Assembly: GCA_963719315.1 (NCBI GenBank)
Contig: CAVRBU010000005.1
Location: forward strand, 64,001 to 128,000
Origin: an uncultured Planctomycetota bacterium
GTDB lineage: Bacteria; Planctomycetota; Planctomycetia; Pirellulales; Lacipirellulaceae
Direction: 5' to 3'
Length of the DNA: 64,000 bases
In this document: in pieces, positions 52,390-63,792 of the stretch
Numbering within the stretch: position 1 is the stretch's first letter
Layout of the letters: every line of letters starts with the position of its first letter
Made by a program: the position numbers and the translations under genes
Notes under the pieces: model-generated
What the model was told of the DNA's origin: nothing
Database searches by the model: none
Seen by the model: only the letters and a program-made list of their open reading frames with translations

Positions 52390-53382
52390 CTAAACGCCAG
52401 CCGTGATCGCCGGGATCCGCATGCCCAGGTGGAGACCCAGGTCGCGCAGCTTGTTGCGAACTTCGGTGAGCGTGGTTTCACCGAAGTTGCGGACCTCCAA
52501 TAGTTGATCTTCCGACTTCGTGACGAGATCGCGAACGGTCAGGATATTCTCGGATTCGAGGCAGTTTCCGGCCCGCACAGACAAATTCAAATCCGCAAGG
52601 CTCATGGCCAACTTGGTCTCGAGGCCGGCGTCCATGTTGATCATGGTGTCTCGCGCCGGCGAGCGAACCATCGGGCCGAGCTCGGTGTATTGAACGAACG
52701 GATTGAGGTGCTTCCGCAAAATCTTGGCGGATTCGACGAGTGCCATTTCCGGCGCGACCGAGCCGTTGGTCCAAATCTCGAGCGTGAGCTTGTCGTAGTT
52801 CGTCTTTTGACCGACGCGCGTTTCCTCGATGCCGTAACGCACGCGGACCACGGGACTGTAAACGGCGTCGATCGGAATGATGCCGATTTCCTGAATGTTC
52901 TGGCTGTGCTCGCTGGCCGGAACGTAGCCGCGGCCGTTCTCGATGACCATCTCCATGACGAACGGTACATTATCGGTCAGCGTGGCGAGGGCGTGGTTAG
53001 GATTGAGGATTTCAATCGCCTCGTCGGTCTCGATATCGGATCCGAGCACCGGGCCGGCCGAGTTCTTCTCGACGCGCAGCACGCGCGTCGTTTCGCTGTG
53101 ATTTTTGACGATCAGCGATTTGACGTTGAGCACGATGTCGGTGAGGTCCTCGAAAACTCCTTTGATCGTCGTGAATTCGTGCTGCGCGTTGTGAACCTTG
53201 ATCTGCGTCACGGCGCTGCCTTCCAAGCTGGAAAGGAGCACGCGGCGCAGGCCGTTGCCGATCGTCGAGCCGAAGCCGCGCTCGAACGGCTCGGCAATAA
53301 ATTTGCCGTAGGTCGAGGTGAGGGAAGCCGCATCGCAGGTCACCGCACTGGGCAACTCGAGTCCGCGCCATCGAATATGCAT
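52390..53382 (-). CDS. rpoA: RNA polymerase alpha subunit
   Basis: [42 protein letters not shown]. Confidence 0.97.
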   Translation of the reverse strand: MHIRWRGLELPSAVTCDAASLTSTYGKFIAEPFERGFGSTIGNGLRRVLLSSLEGSAVTQIKVHNAQHEFTTIKGVFEDLTDIVLNVKSLIVKNHSETTRVLRVEKNSAGPVLGSDIETDEAIEILNPNHALATLTDNVPFVMEMVIENGRGYVPASEHSQNIQEIGIIPIDAVYSPVVRVRYGIEETRVGQKTNYDKLTLEIWTNGSVAPEMALVESAKILRKHLNPFVQYTELGPMVRSPARDTMINMDAGLETKLAMSLADLNLSVRAGNCLESENILTVRDLVTKSEDQLLEVRNFGETTLTEVRNKLRDLGLHLGMRIPAITAGV

Positions 53383-53466
53383 GAGAGAGTCTCCACTGAA
53401 GGTTCGGGGTTCAGGGTTCGGGGTTCAAGTCGCCGGCTTTCAGATCTGAACTTGAGTACCGAACAC

Positions 53467-54093
53467 TTATCGCGAGCAAAGCTCAACGATCAATTGCGTC
53501 TGTACGGGAATGGATACATCGTCGGCGGCGGGCAGTCGGCCGACGACGCCTTCCGGAATCTGGGCGTCGTTGCGGGACAAAAAATCGGGGATGTCGCGGC
53601 CGCCTTCGGACAATGCACCGCGGACCAGATCGAGGCTTTTGGCGCGATTCTTAACTCGAATCAGGTCGCCGATGCGGACCTGGTAACTCGGGATATCGAC
53701 GCGTCCGCCGTTGACGGTAATGTGGCCGTGGCGAATCATCTGCCGGGCCTGAGCCCGACTTTGACCGAAGCCCAACCGATGCACGACGTTATCCAGACGG
53801 CGTTCGAGCAACACCATGAGCGCGTCGCCAGTGTTGCCCTTGCCCTTCACGGCCTCGTGAAAATACTTGCGAAATTGTCGTTCCAAGACACCGTAATAGT
53901 GCTTCACCTTTTGCTTTTCGCGGAGGTGAGTGCCGTAATCGGTGAGCTTGCCGCGGCGGGTTTGATGCATGCCGGGCGGGTTTTCACGACGCTCGATCGC
54001 GCACTTCGGCGTATCGCAACGCGTGCCCTTCAAAAACAGCTTCATGCCGTCGCGGCGGCAGAGGCGACAGACGGGTCCGGTATATCGTGCCAT
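53467..54093 (-). CDS. rpsD: 30S ribosomal protein S4
   Basis: MARYTGPVCRLCRR, LERRLDNVV. Confidence 0.97.
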   Translation of the reverse strand: MARYTGPVCRLCRRDGMKLFLKGTRCDTPKCAIERRENPPGMHQTRRGKLTDYGTHLREKQKVKHYYGVLERQFRKYFHEAVKGKGNTGDALMVLLERRLDNVVHRLGFGQSRAQARQMIRHGHITVNGGRVDIPSYQVRIGDLIRVKNRAKSLDLVRGALSEGGRDIPDFLSRNDAQIPEGVVGRLPAADDVSIPVQTQLIVELCSR

Positions 54094-54183
54094 GAATGGG
54101 TTCAGGGTCAGGGGTCAGGGGTCTGATTAAGTGCTCGGGCTCGGGTGCAAGGCTCTTCGCTGAACCCTGAACCCTAAACCCAC

Positions 54184-54597
54184 TTACACGCGGCGTTTCT
54201 TGCGGGGACGGCAACCGTTGTGCGGCAACGGCGTGATGTCTTCAATGGATTTGACTTTCAAGCCGGCGGCTTCGAGCGCGGTGATCGCGCTTTCGCGGCC
54301 GCTGCCGGGGCCTTTCACCTTGACTTCAACTTCCTTGACGCCGTATTTCTTGGCCTTGTCGGCCGCTTGCTGGGCCGCCATCTGGCCGGCGAAGGGCGTG
54401 CTCTTGCGGCTGCCTTTGAAGCCGCTCGTGCCGGCGCTGGCCCAGCACAGCGTATCGCCCTTGGTGTCGGTGATCGTGACGGTCGTGTTGTTGAACGTCG
54501 CTTGGATAAAAGCGACGCCCACCGACACGTTGCGACGCGCTTTCTTCTTGGCTGCCTTCGTGCTGGTTGCGGCGGGAGCCGCTGCTTCTTTCGACAT
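54184..54597 (-). CDS. rpsK: 30S ribosomal protein S11
   Basis: [22 protein letters not shown]. Confidence 0.97.
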   Translation of the reverse strand: MSKEAAAPAATSTKAAKKKARRNVSVGVAFIQATFNNTTVTITDTKGDTLCWASAGTSGFKGSRKSTPFAGQMAAQQAADKAKKYGVKEVEVKVKGPGSGRESAITALEAAGLKVKSIEDITPLPHNGCRPRKKRRV

Positions 54598-54679
54598 GAT
54601 AGTGGAAGTAATCTCAGTTTTCGTTCTAGCTAAGCCGCCAGCGGCGAAATGTGCCGTGCCCGCTCAGCGGTAATCGTTT

Positions 54680-55063
54680 TTAGCGGAGGTCTTTGACGCC
54701 CTTCTTGCCGGCGACGGTTTTCTTGGGGCCCTTGCGGGTGCGAGCGTTGGTGCGCGTGCGCTGGCCGCGAACCGGAAGCCCGCGACGATGGCGCACGCCC
54801 CGGTAGCAAGTAATATCCTTGAGCCGCGTAATATCCTGATTGACTTTCCGGCGGAGCTGGCCTTCGACGGTGTAATCCTTATCCAGCAGCGCGGCGATCC
54901 GCGCCACTTCGTCTTCGCCCAACTCGCGGGCGTGGGCCTGCGGGTTGACGCCCGCTTTGTGGCACAACTCGCGAGCCGTCTTCGTGCCGACGCCGTATAA
55001 GTACGTCAGCGAGATGGCGGTTGGGCGGTCGGGCGGGATATCAACACCTAACAGACGCGGCAT
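54680..55063 (-). CDS. rpsM: 30S ribosomal protein S13
   Basis: RGLPVRGQRTRTNARTRKG. Confidence 0.97.
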   Translation of the reverse strand: MPRLLGVDIPPDRPTAISLTYLYGVGTKTARELCHKAGVNPQAHARELGEDEVARIAALLDKDYTVEGQLRRKVNQDITRLKDITCYRGVRHRRGLPVRGQRTRTNARTRKGPKKTVAGKKGVKDLR

Positions 55064-55162
55064 GGTTTGCTCCGGTTCTTACTGCATTCGATACGTTTTG
55101 GTGCGCACTTCGTCGCACGACGCGGCTAAACGGACGGGGTCCGCAGTATCACACGATGGACG

Positions 55163-55276
55163 TCAACCTTGCCGCTGTTTGTGGCGGGGGTTGCTACACA
55201 CGACATAGACGACGCCACGACGGCGCACGACCTTACACTTATCACAAATTCGCTTGACGCTGGCTTTGACTTTCAT
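55163..55276 (-). CDS. rpmJ: 50S ribosomal protein L36 (not in ORF track)
   Basis: Hand translation [37 protein letters not shown]. Confidence 0.95.
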   Translation of the reverse strand: MKVKASVKRICDKCKVVRRRGVVYVVCSNPRHKQRQG

Positions 55277-55462
55277 CGATCCACCCGAATTTGGGCCCAG
55301 GGGCGGCCCGCAAACGGCCGTGTCCGCAGATGGCGGTAAACGCTTGAATATACGCCCTGCACACCGCCCAGTTCAAGGGCTGAATTTTCAGAGTTTCTAA
55401 ATCGCGGCAGGGACCGTTTGTCGGCCAGTTTTGCAGGGGTTGGGCGCCGACCACCCTGCGCA

Positions 55463-56323
55463 CTAGCTTCCCGACGACACGGGGTTGGCGGCCGAATCCA
55501 TACCGGCAAAATCCCAGGGCAAGTTAGCCAATTCGTCGGACGATGGGGCGTCCGTCAGTAACGTGGGGCCGTCTTTTGTAATCGCAATCGTGTGTTCGAA
55601 ATGGGCGCTCGGCTTGCGGTCGAGCGTCGATTGAGTCCAATGGTCGCGATGCATCTTCACGCGTTTGGTCCCCATGTTGACCATCGGCTCGACGGCAATC
55701 ACCAGGCCGGGCTCCAGCCGGAAGTCGCCGCTGCCGCGCAGCGAGCGGCTCAGGAAGTTCGGCACCTGCGGCTCTTCGTGCATTTGGCGGCCAATACCGT
55801 GGCCGACGAAACATTCGACAGTTGAAAACCCGTGGTCGCGAACGAATTGGGCCATCTCCCGGGCGACTTGGCTCCAGCGGCTCTTGGTGTGAATTAACTC
55901 GTACGCCAGGTCGAGCGTGCCTTTGGTGACATCGAGCAAGCGCTGCACCGCAGGACTGATTCGGCCGGCGGCATAAGTAACGGCGGCGTCGCCGCACCAC
56001 CCGTTGACGCGGCAACCCGTATCGACGCTCACGATATCGCCTTCTGCCAGAGTCCGATGCGTGGGTATGCCATGAACGACCTCATCGTTGATGCTCGTGC
56101 AGGTTGCGGCAGGGAATACTGGCCGACCTTGATTCTGATGCGGGTAGTCCTTGAACAGCGGCTCGGCGCCGCAGTGGCGAAAATGCTCGGTGATGACGGC
56201 GTCGATCTCGGCCGTCGTGACGCCGGGCGCGACGATCTGCGCCACCAGTTGATGAGCTTGCCAGACACAGATGCCTGCTTGGCGCATCAAGGCGATTTCA
56301 CGTTCCGATTTGAGTTGAATCAC
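55463..56323 (-). CDS. map: Methionine aminopeptidase type I
   Basis: CTSINDEVVHG, GHGIG..MHEEP, EPM, SAHFEHT. Confidence 0.95.
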   Translation of the reverse strand: MIQLKSEREIALMRQAGICVWQAHQLVAQIVAPGVTTAEIDAVITEHFRHCGAEPLFKDYPHQNQGRPVFPAATCTSINDEVVHGIPTHRTLAEGDIVSVDTGCRVNGWCGDAAVTYAAGRISPAVQRLLDVTKGTLDLAYELIHTKSRWSQVAREMAQFVRDHGFSTVECFVGHGIGRQMHEEPQVPNFLSRSLRGSGDFRLEPGLVIAVEPMVNMGTKRVKMHRDHWTQSTLDRKPSAHFEHTIAITKDGPTLLTDAPSSDELANLPWDFAGMDSAANPVSSGS

Positions 56324-56391
56324 AGCGAGCGAATGTGGTTAGAGCCGATATGTTCCGTAATTTTATCAGAAGCGGGCCCGGCTGGCGAATC

Positions 56392-56952
56392 TCAACCTGC
56401 GGCCGCATCCACGGCCGCACGTATTTTTGCAAACACCTCGTCGGGCGTCCCTTCGGCGGCGATATGTCGCAACACGCCGCGACGACGGTAATGATCCAGC
56501 AGCGGCTCCGTCAGGAGATTGTATTGCCGAAATCGCTCCCGAATGGTTTCCCGATCGTCGTCCGGCCGGCCGCGAGAGAGCAACCGCTCCACCAGCAGCG
56601 GCTCGGAGACATCCAGTGCCAGCACGAGTTCGAGCGGCATGTGGCGCTCCTCCAGGAGCCGATCGAGAGTTTCGGCCTGGGGCACCGTGCGGGGAAAGCC
56701 ATCGAACAGACAACCGCGCGAGCAATCCTTGTCGCCCAGGCGCTCGACGACAATGCCGACCACCACATTGTCCGGCACCAACTGGCCGGCCTTCATGTAA
56801 CTCGCGAACTCGAGCCCTAGCGGAGTACCGGCTTGAGCGGCGTCGCGCAGCATCTCGCCCGTGGAGAGATGCGCGACATTCAAATAGTCCTTCAGCCGTT
56901 GGGCCTGCGTCCCCTTTCCCGCGCCGGGTGGACCAAGGAAGACGATGCGCAT
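56392..56952 (-). CDS. adk: Adenylate kinase (short LID)
   Basis: GPPGAGKGTQA, FDGFPR, RGRPDD. Confidence 0.95.
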   Translation of the reverse strand: MRIVFLGPPGAGKGTQAQRLKDYLNVAHLSTGEMLRDAAQAGTPLGLEFASYMKAGQLVPDNVVVGIVVERLGDKDCSRGCLFDGFPRTVPQAETLDRLLEERHMPLELVLALDVSEPLLVERLLSRGRPDDDRETIRERFRQYNLLTEPLLDHYRRRGVLRHIAAEGTPDEVFAKIRAAVDAAAG

Positions 56953-57062
56953 GGTGTGGGGAAACTGTCGGGTGTCGGATGTCAGGTATCGGATTTCAGC
57001 GTCTGACACCTGAAACCTGACACCTCGCTTACTCATGCAGCCAGGATGAACGCATACCGTGG

Positions 57063-58424
57063 CTATTCCTCCAACAGCCCCGAGTAGTTGCGCATCACGA
57101 GGTGACTATCGATTTTCTGGACCAGGTCGAAGGCCACGCTGACTGCAATCAACAGACTCGTGCCGCCGTAGAAGCTGGCGATCACGGGCTCAACGTCCAG
57201 CGAATTGGAAATCAGCGTCGGAATGATTGCGACAATGGCCAGGAAGCCGGCGCCCACGTAGGTTATGCGGACCATCACCTTTTCCAGGTAATCGGCCGTG
57301 CGTTTGCCGGGGCGATAGCCGGGAATGAATGAACCGAAGTTTTTCAGGTTATCCGCCATATCCTTCGGATTGAATGTAATCGCGGTCCAGAAGTAACAGA
57401 AGAAATAGATCAGGACCAGATAAAAAATGTTGTAGATGTAACCGTGATCGCGGCCGAAGACGCCGGCCAGCCAACTTATCGTGCTATGCCACCAGCCTTC
57501 GCTCCTGGAAGCGCGCTCCAGATTCGTGAAGATGATCATTGGGAACATCAACAGGCTGCTGGCGAAGATGATCGGCATGACGCCGGCCTGGTTGACCTTG
57601 AGCGGCATGTAGTTCTTCGTACCGCCGAAAACGCGACGGCCGCGAACGTGCTTGGCACTTTGCATCGTAATGCGGCGCTGCCCAAGCGTGATAAACACCA
57701 CGCCAGTAACGACCGCCACGAACATGGCGGCCAACACAATCAGTCCTTCGATGCCGAGCTTTCCGCGCGTGCCGCTCACCTCGAAGGACGCCTTTTGGAG
57801 CAACTGATATCCGGCATAGGGCATGCGGGCTAGGATCCCGGCCATAATCAACAGGCTGATGCCGTTGCCAATGCCGAACTCATCGATTTGCTCTCCGAGC
57901 CACATCAGGAAAATAGTGCCGGCGGTCATGGTCAGAATAGTCGTGATTTTCCAGCCAAACATGATGCCGCCGGCCGAGTTCTGGAACGGCTCAGCGACGA
58001 GCCCTTGGGCCTCGACATACGACGAAAGGTAGAACCAACTTTGCACAATGCATAAAAAGAAGGTGGCATAGCGCGTGTATTCATTGATCTTCTTGCGACC
58101 TGCCTCACCTTCCTTTTGCAGTTGCTCGAGGGGCGGATAAACGCTGCCCAGAAGTTGGAAAATGATCGAGGCCGAGATATACGGCATGATGCCCAGGCCG
58201 AAGATCGTCACATCGCGCAAGCGGCTAGCACTGAACGTGGCGACGGTCTCCAGCATGTCGGCGATGCCGCCATGCTGCTTGCTCAAGGAACTCACCTTGG
58301 CGTGATCGAGGATGGGCACCTCGATTTGGAAGCCGACGCGGTAGATGGCGAGCATCAAGAGCGTCAGCCCGATCTTGGTGCGGAGTTCTGGAATCTTCCA
58401 GATGACGGAGATTTTTTGCCACAT
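57063..58424 (-). CDS. secY: Preprotein translocase SecY
   Basis: LGIMPYISASII, GIGNGISLLI, FIPGYRPG, GGTSLLI. Confidence 0.97.
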   Translation of the reverse strand: MWQKISVIWKIPELRTKIGLTLLMLAIYRVGFQIEVPILDHAKVSSLSKQHGGIADMLETVATFSASRLRDVTIFGLGIMPYISASIIFQLLGSVYPPLEQLQKEGEAGRKKINEYTRYATFFLCIVQSWFYLSSYVEAQGLVAEPFQNSAGGIMFGWKITTILTMTAGTIFLMWLGEQIDEFGIGNGISLLIMAGILARMPYAGYQLLQKASFEVSGTRGKLGIEGLIVLAAMFVAVVTGVVFITLGQRRITMQSAKHVRGRRVFGGTKNYMPLKVNQAGVMPIIFASSLLMFPMIIFTNLERASRSEGWWHSTISWLAGVFGRDHGYIYNIFYLVLIYFFCYFWTAITFNPKDMADNLKNFGSFIPGYRPGKRTADYLEKVMVRITYVGAGFLAIVAIIPTLISNSLDVEPVIASFYGGTSLLIAVSVAFDLVQKIDSHLVMRNYSGLLEE

Positions 58425-58539
58425 CGTGTGTACCCGTCCTTGGCGTTAGCATGTCGCCATTATGGGCTGAATTGCCGCTTGTGTCTTAGCGCTAAACCGC
58501 AAGCGATAGCCTTGGCTGATCATTGATCTGCAAGTTGGA

Positions 58540-59049
58540 CTACGTTCGCGCCGATTGCTTCTTTTTCCTGTCGACTGCACCTAACTTGACGACCGGTGCC
58601 TTGCCCGGGAGCACGATCGCTTCTCCGCCGGCGGCGGTAATTTTTTCGGTTGCGGTCTTGCTGAATCGGTGTGCGGAAATCTTGAGTTTCTTGGTGACTT
58701 CGCCGTTGCCGAGGATTTTCAGTTCGTCGCATACGCCTTTCGCCAAGTTGAGCGCGGCGAGCGACTCGGGCGTAACGTGGTCGCCCGACTTGTACAAATT
58801 GTTCAGATCGCCAAGATTGACGACCGCCACCGTTTTGGCCCAACGGTTGTTGAAGCCGCGTTTCGGAATGCGGCGCACCAGCGGGCTGGCGCCGCCTTGA
58901 AACACGGCCAGGAACGACACACCGTTGTGGGACCACTGGCCCTTGTGCCCGCGGCTGGCCGTTTTGCCGTGGCCGGAACCGATGCCGCGGCCGAGTCGCT
59001 TGCGCGGCTTGGCGGTGTGTACATCGCGATGAATGTCGTTGAGGTTCAT
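58540..59049 (-). CDS. rplO: 50S ribosomal protein L15
   Basis: [19 protein letters not shown]. Confidence 0.96.
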   Translation of the reverse strand: MNLNDIHRDVHTAKPRKRLGRGIGSGHGKTASRGHKGQWSHNGVSFLAVFQGGASPLVRRIPKRGFNNRWAKTVAVVNLGDLNNLYKSGDHVTPESLAALNLAKGVCDELKILGNGEVTKKLKISAHRFSKTATEKITAAGGEAIVLPGKAPVVKLGAVDRKKKQSART

Positions 59050-59612
59050 GATGTTAACGGGACCCCTCGTAAGCGTTCGACGTCGGTTTTGGGCCGCAAC
59101 TGCTTGAGGGCGGCAAACGTGGCCTTCACGAGCGAAACTGGGTTATTCGAGCCGAAGCTCTTGGTGAGGATGTCGTGGATGCCGGCCGCTTCGCATACCG
59201 CTCGCACGGCCGAACCAGCGATAACGCCCGCACCGGGCGACGCGGGAAGCAAGATCACGTGGGCGGCGCCGTAGCGGCCTTCGACGACGTGCGAAATCGA
59301 TTTGCGATCGAGCGTGACGGTCACCAGGCTGCGCATGCCTTCCTTGCGGGCCTTCTCGACGCTGGGCGGCACTTCGTTCGCTTTGCCGTAGCCCCAGCCG
59401 ACTTTACCCTTGCCGTCGCCGACGACGACCATCGCCGCAAAGCTGAAGCGTCGGCCACCCTTCACGACGGCGGCGCAACGCTTGATCTTGACGATGCTCT
59501 CCGAGAGTTCGCCTTCGACACGTTCACTGCGATCGCTGCGATCGCCACGGTCGCTGCGGCCGCGCGAGCCGCGTTGGCCACGTTCGGTTCGTTCGCTGGT
59601 ACCAGCCGACAT
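59046..59612 (-). CDS. rpsE: 30S ribosomal protein S5
   Basis: [17 protein letters not shown]. Confidence 0.96.
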   Translation of the reverse strand: MSAGTSERTERGQRGSRGRSDRGDRSDRSERVEGELSESIVKIKRCAAVVKGGRRFSFAAMVVVGDGKGKVGWGYGKANEVPPSVEKARKEGMRSLVTVTLDRKSISHVVEGRYGAAHVILLPASPGAGVIAGSAVRAVCEAAGIHDILTKSFGSNNPVSLVKATFAALKQLRPKTDVERLRGVPLTS

Positions 59613-59624
59613 AAAGTAGCCTCT

Positions 59625-59993
59625 CTAAAAACTCAATCCGCCTTCGCGCGCCGCGTTGGCCAATGCGGCCACGCGACCGTGATAGCGGTACGGCCCCCGG
59701 TCGAAACAGACGGCCTTGATGCCGGCCGCAATGGCCCGCTCGGCAATTGCCTTGCCGACGGCCTGCGCGGCATCGGCGTTGCCACCCGACTTCAATTTAC
59801 CGGACAACTGCTTATCCTGCGACGACGCGGCGGCCAATGTTTTACCGCTCAAGTCGTCGATGACTTGGACCGAAATGTGCTTGTGACTGCGGATTACGCT
59901 CAACCGCGGCCGCTCGACCGTGCCGCGCACATGCTTGCGAACGCGAAAGGCTCGCCGCTGACGAAGTTGCCGTAATTGCTTGGAGTGTTCCAT
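59625..59993 (-). CDS. rplR: 50S ribosomal protein L18
   Basis: [20 protein letters not shown]. Confidence 0.96.
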   Translation of the reverse strand: MEHSKQLRQLRQRRAFRVRKHVRGTVERPRLSVIRSHKHISVQVIDDLSGKTLAAASSQDKQLSGKLKSGGNADAAQAVGKAIAERAIAAGIKAVCFDRGPYRYHGRVAALANAAREGGLSF

Positions 59994-60080
59994 GATAGTG
60001 GGGGGGTCGAGGGTCGAGGGTCGAGGGTCGAGGGTCAGCAATGATCTGGCCCTCGACCCTAAACCCTCCACCCTAGACCA

Positions 60081-60624
60081 CTAAGTTGCTGTCTTGCCGG
60101 CCTTGCGGCGGACTTGCTCTCCGTCGTACCGAATGCCTTTGCCTTTGTACGGTTCAGGCTTGCGCACGGCCCGCACTTCGGCGGCAAACTGGCCGACCTT
60201 TTGCTTGTCGGTGCCCTTGATCAGGATATGGGTTTGATCGGGGCAGGTTACGGTCAGACCCTTGGGGATCTTCTTGTGAACTTCGTTCGCGAATCCGACG
60301 CGCAGTTGCAGCGTGTCGCCCGCGACGGCGCCGAGGTAGCCCACGCCTTGGATTTCAAGCTTCTTTTCGTAGCCTTCAGTGACCCCGACCAGCATGTTGT
60401 TGATCAGAGCACGGGTCAGGCCGTGGTAGGCGCGGATTTCGCGGTCTTCCGACTGCGCGGGTGCAGACGACGCTCTTGCCGTCGCCTTCGATCTGCACGC
60501 CGATTTCGGGCCGATGGGTGTACTCGAGCTTGCCGAGCTTCCCTTCGACGGTGATCGCGCGGCCGGCGACGTTCACTTTGGCACCACTGGGCACGGTAAT
60601 CGGTTTTTTGCCTATGCGGGACAT
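60081..60624 (-). CDS. rplF: 50S ribosomal protein L6, frameshifted near 60450
   Basis: MSRIGKKPI in one frame, RKPEPYKGKGIRY in another. Confidence 0.93.
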
Positions 60625-60711
60625 GTTTTAGCCTTCAGCCATCAGCTTTCAGCCAACCATCATCCGTCCTTCTTGCTTACGGCTGATGGCTGACGGCTAA
60701 TAGCCATTACT

Positions 60712-61113
60712 TTACCAAACTTCACAAAGCACTTCGCCACCGAGGTTTCGTTGCCGGGCTTCGCGGTCGCTGATCACGCCGCGGCTGGTGCTGATGATCG
60801 ATATTCCCAAACCGTTGAGCACCGGGCGTAAGCGATCGGCCGGGCTGTACACGCGACGGCCCGGTTTGCTGACGCGACGGATGTGACGAATCACGCGCTC
60901 GCCGTTCGGGCCGTACTTGAGATCGATCGCCAATTGCTTTCTCGGGGCGCCTTCTTCTTGCCCTTCGCTCCAATCCCAAATATAGCCTTCCCGCTTGAGC
61001 ACCTCAGCGAGCCCGCGCTTCACTTTGGAAAGCGGCATCTCGACACGGGGGCACTCAATTCGCACGGCGTTGCGAATGCAAGTGAGCATATCGGCGATCG
61101 GGTCGGTCATCAT
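60712..61113 (-). CDS. rpsH: 30S ribosomal protein S8
   Basis: MTDPIADML, SKPGRRVY, STSRG, GGEVLC. Confidence 0.96.
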   Translation of the reverse strand: MMTDPIADMLTCIRNAVRIECPRVEMPLSKVKRGLAEVLKREGYIWDWSEGQEEGAPRKQLAIDLKYGPNGERVIRHIRRVSKPGRRVYSPADRLRPVLNGLGISIISTSRGVISDREARQRNLGGEVLCEVW

Positions 61114-61208
61114 AAGTGGGTGAGGGTCTAGGGTTCAGGGTTGAGGGTTCTACATTCGACGGTCGAAGGTCGCACTCAACCCTCAACCATCGACACTAAA
61201 CCTTCTAA

Positions 61209-61394
61209 TTACCAACTCGCGTTTCGTACTCCGGGAATCAAGCCTTGATCCGCCAACTTGCGGAAGCAGATTCGACAGATGCCGAATTTTTGATACACGG
61301 CCCGCGGCCGGCCGCACAAGCGGCAACGGTTTTCGCGGCGCGTACTAAATTTCGGCTCACTTTTCGCTTTGGCGATTTTTGATTTGCTGGCCAC
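61209..61394 (-). CDS. rpsN: 30S ribosomal protein S14 (short Zn-binding type)
   Basis: [15 protein letters not shown]. Confidence 0.96.
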   Translation of the reverse strand: MASKSKIAKAKSEPKFSTRRENRCRLCGRPRAVYQKFGICRICFRKLADQGLIPGVRNASW

Positions 61395-61509
61395 CGAAGT
61401 TCGTGTCCTTTTAAAGCGGTTAGCTATTAGCGGTTAGCTATTAGCCAGTCGGGTTATTCGTTTTCTCTCTGGCTGATAGCAGCTAAAGTGCTAACAGCTA
61501 ATAGCCACC

Positions 61510-62115
61510 TTATGCTTCCGCGTCTTCTCGGCGGAACGGCATGCCGAAGGCTTGCAACAGTTCGCGCATTTCGTCGTCGTTGCTCGACTGCGAGCAAATC
61601 GTAATGTTCATGCCCTGTACGCGAGTGTATTTGTCCGGGTTGAGCTCGGGGAACACGAGCTGTTCGTTGAGGCCCAGGCTATAGTTGCCGTTGCCGTCGA
61701 GCGCTTTGGGATTCAATCCGCGGAAATCGCGCACCCGCGGGAGGGCGAGCGAAATCAAGCGATCCAGAAACTCGTACATCCGAGCCCGGCGAAGCGTGAC
61801 TTTGCAGCCGACATCCAACCCCTCGCGCAAGCGGAACGCGGCAATACTTTTGCGAGACTTGCAGCGGACTGCCTTCTGCCCGGTGATTTCCGAAAGGGCT
61901 GACGTAGCTTCTTCGACGTGCTTTTTATCCGTGACGGCACTCCCAACACCCATGCTGACGACGATCTTCTCTAGCCGCGGCAACGAGAGTCGGTTCTCGC
62001 GCTTGAGCTTTTCCTTCAATTGCGGAACGATCTGTTCTTCATAGACCGTTTGCAATCGCGGCGTCGGCGGCGGGGTCGAGTCCTTCTCGGCGGGCTTATC
62101 TTTTTTCTTGGCCAT
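61510..62115 (-). CDS. rplE: 50S ribosomal protein L5
   Basis: FRLREG, LPRVRDFRG, GNYSLG. Confidence 0.96.
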   Translation of the reverse strand: MAKKKDKPAEKDSTPPPTPRLQTVYEEQIVPQLKEKLKRENRLSLPRLEKIVVSMGVGSAVTDKKHVEEATSALSEITGQKAVRCKSRKSIAAFRLREGLDVGCKVTLRRARMYEFLDRLISLALPRVRDFRGLNPKALDGNGNYSLGLNEQLVFPELNPDKYTRVQGMNITICSQSSNDDEMRELLQAFGMPFRREDAEA

Positions 62116-62180
62116 GGTTCACCCAGATGGGCACAGCCCACCACTTTTTCGATGGGCGAGGCCCACCTTGCTTGATCAAT

Positions 62181-62570
62181 CTATCTCTTTGCCGCTTGGA
62201 CCGGTTTACTTGTTTTGCCCGACGCGGCCGCTGAATGCGCCTTTTTGGCGGGCGCGATCTGGCCGGCACTCGCGCCGCACTTCTTGCAAAATCGTTCCTT
62301 GCTGCCGTCATCGAGGAACCGCGCCCCGAGCCGGGCCGCCGCGTTGCACGATGGGCAGACGTATTTCAAGTTCGACAGCTGGATCGGCATGTCCTTTTTC
62401 AAGATGCCGCCTTGAGGATACTTTTGGCTCCGGCGAATGTGCTTCTTGACGCCGTTGACGCCTTCGACAATCGCCTTGCCGGTCGCGCGATCGACTTTGA
62501 TCACACGGCTCTTGCGACCGATGTCGTTGCCCGCGATTACTTCGACGGTATCACCAGTACGGATCAACAT
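62181..62570 (-). CDS. rplX: 50S ribosomal protein L24
   Basis: GDTVEVIAG, VEGVN. Confidence 0.94.
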   Translation of the reverse strand: MLIRTGDTVEVIAGNDIGRKSRVIKVDRATGKAIVEGVNGVKKHIRRSQKYPQGGILKKDMPIQLSNLKYVCPSCNAAARLGARFLDDGSKERFCKKCGASAGQIAPAKKAHSAAASGKTSKPVQAAKR

Positions 62571-62654
62571 AGCTGTTAGCTGTTAGCTGTTAGCTATTAG
62601 CCAATCCGCTGCAAGCCTTCTGGCTAACAGCTAACAGCTAATAGCTAACAGCTC

Positions 62655-63023
62655 TTAAACTACCTCGCTCGCTAAACTGACAATTTTCATGAACTTGCGC
62701 TCGCGCAACTCGCGGGCGACGGCGCCGAAAATGCGCGTGCCGCGGGGGTTCCGCTCGTTGTCGATCAACACCACGGCATTTGAATCGAACCGCACGTAGC
62801 TCCCGTCCGGCCGGCGCGTCGGGTACTTGACCCGCACAATAACGGCCCTCACAACTGCTTTCTTTTTGACTTCACTCGTGGGCAGCGTGTTCTTGACGCT
62901 GCAAATAATCACGTCCCCCAAGCCCGCCACGCGACGACGACTACCGCCCAATACCTTGATGCACATCACTTCCTTGGCGCCGGTGTTGTCGGCGACGTTC
63001 AATCTGGACTGCATTTGAATCAT
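62655..63023 (-). CDS. rplN: 50S ribosomal protein L14
   Basis: [20 protein letters not shown]. Confidence 0.97.
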   Translation of the reverse strand: MIQMQSRLNVADNTGAKEVMCIKVLGGSRRRVAGLGDVIICSVKNTLPTSEVKKKAVVRAVIVRVKYPTRRPDGSYVRFDSNAVVLIDNERNPRGTRIFGAVARELRERKFMKIVSLASEVV

Positions 63024-63111
63024 GTTGAAGCCTTTAGCCTTCAGCCTTCAGCCTTCCAGTCAGTCAGTTTTTCCTACTGATGGCTGAAAGCTGACGGCTG
63101 ACGGCCGTTCA

Positions 63112-63423
63112 TCACATCGTCTCGCCGGTTTCTGTCTGTTTCAATTCCGCGGCGGCGCGCATCGCGGCGATATCGACTTGCTGCGAACGCGAAACGATCC
63201 GCAGCAGGTCCCACCGCTTGAGTTTCGAGCGGGGCGGTGCTTCGATGATTTCCACCGTGTCGCCTTCGTGCGATTCATTGTCCTCATCGTGCACGTGGCA
63301 TACCGTGCGGCGGCGCATGAACTTACCGTAGCGCTTGTGCTGGACCAGCCGCTCGATTTCCACACGCCGCGACTTGTTCATTTTGTCGCTCGTAACCAGG
63401 CCGATGACTTGTCTTTTGGGCAT
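63112..63423 (-). CDS. rpsQ: 30S ribosomal protein S17
   Basis: VTSDKMNKS, HKRYGK, HDE. Confidence 0.95.
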   Translation of the reverse strand: MPKRQVIGLVTSDKMNKSRRVEIERLVQHKRYGKFMRRRTVCHVHDEDNESHEGDTVEIIEAPPRSKLKRWDLLRIVSRSQQVDIAAMRAAAELKQTETGETM

Positions 63424-63506
63424 TTTTTATAGCTCTTAGCGGTTAGCTATTAGCGGTTAGCCAAACAATTGTAAGCTTCCTCTGGCTAACAGCTAATGGC
63501 TTCTTC

Positions 63507-63713
63507 CTATTTCACAAAGGCTTTCTTCTCGCGCTGCGTTTGGAGTGTCTTGATTCGGGAGACCAGGCGACGGTTGCTGCGGAGCTCGCTGGGCGCGTCG
63601 AGCCGCTCGGTCTGCTGTTTGATTCGCAGACGGAACAGCGCCTCGTTGGCCTCCTTAAGCGTTAGCCCAAGTTGCTCGTCGCTCATATCGCGGAGTTCGG
63701 TAATCTTGGCCAT
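63507..63713 (-). CDS. rpmC: 50S ribosomal protein L29
   Basis: ELRDMS..LFRLR; position between rplP and rpsQ. Confidence 0.93.
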   Translation of the reverse strand: MAKITELRDMSDEQLGLTLKEANEALFRLRIKQQTERLDAPSELRSNRRLVSRIKTLQTQREKKAFVK

Positions 63714-63792
63714 TTGGCAGTAGCAAGTAGTAAGGTTTAAGGCATAAGCATTTTCAACTTACGACTTATACCTTGCACCTTAGACCTTTCAC

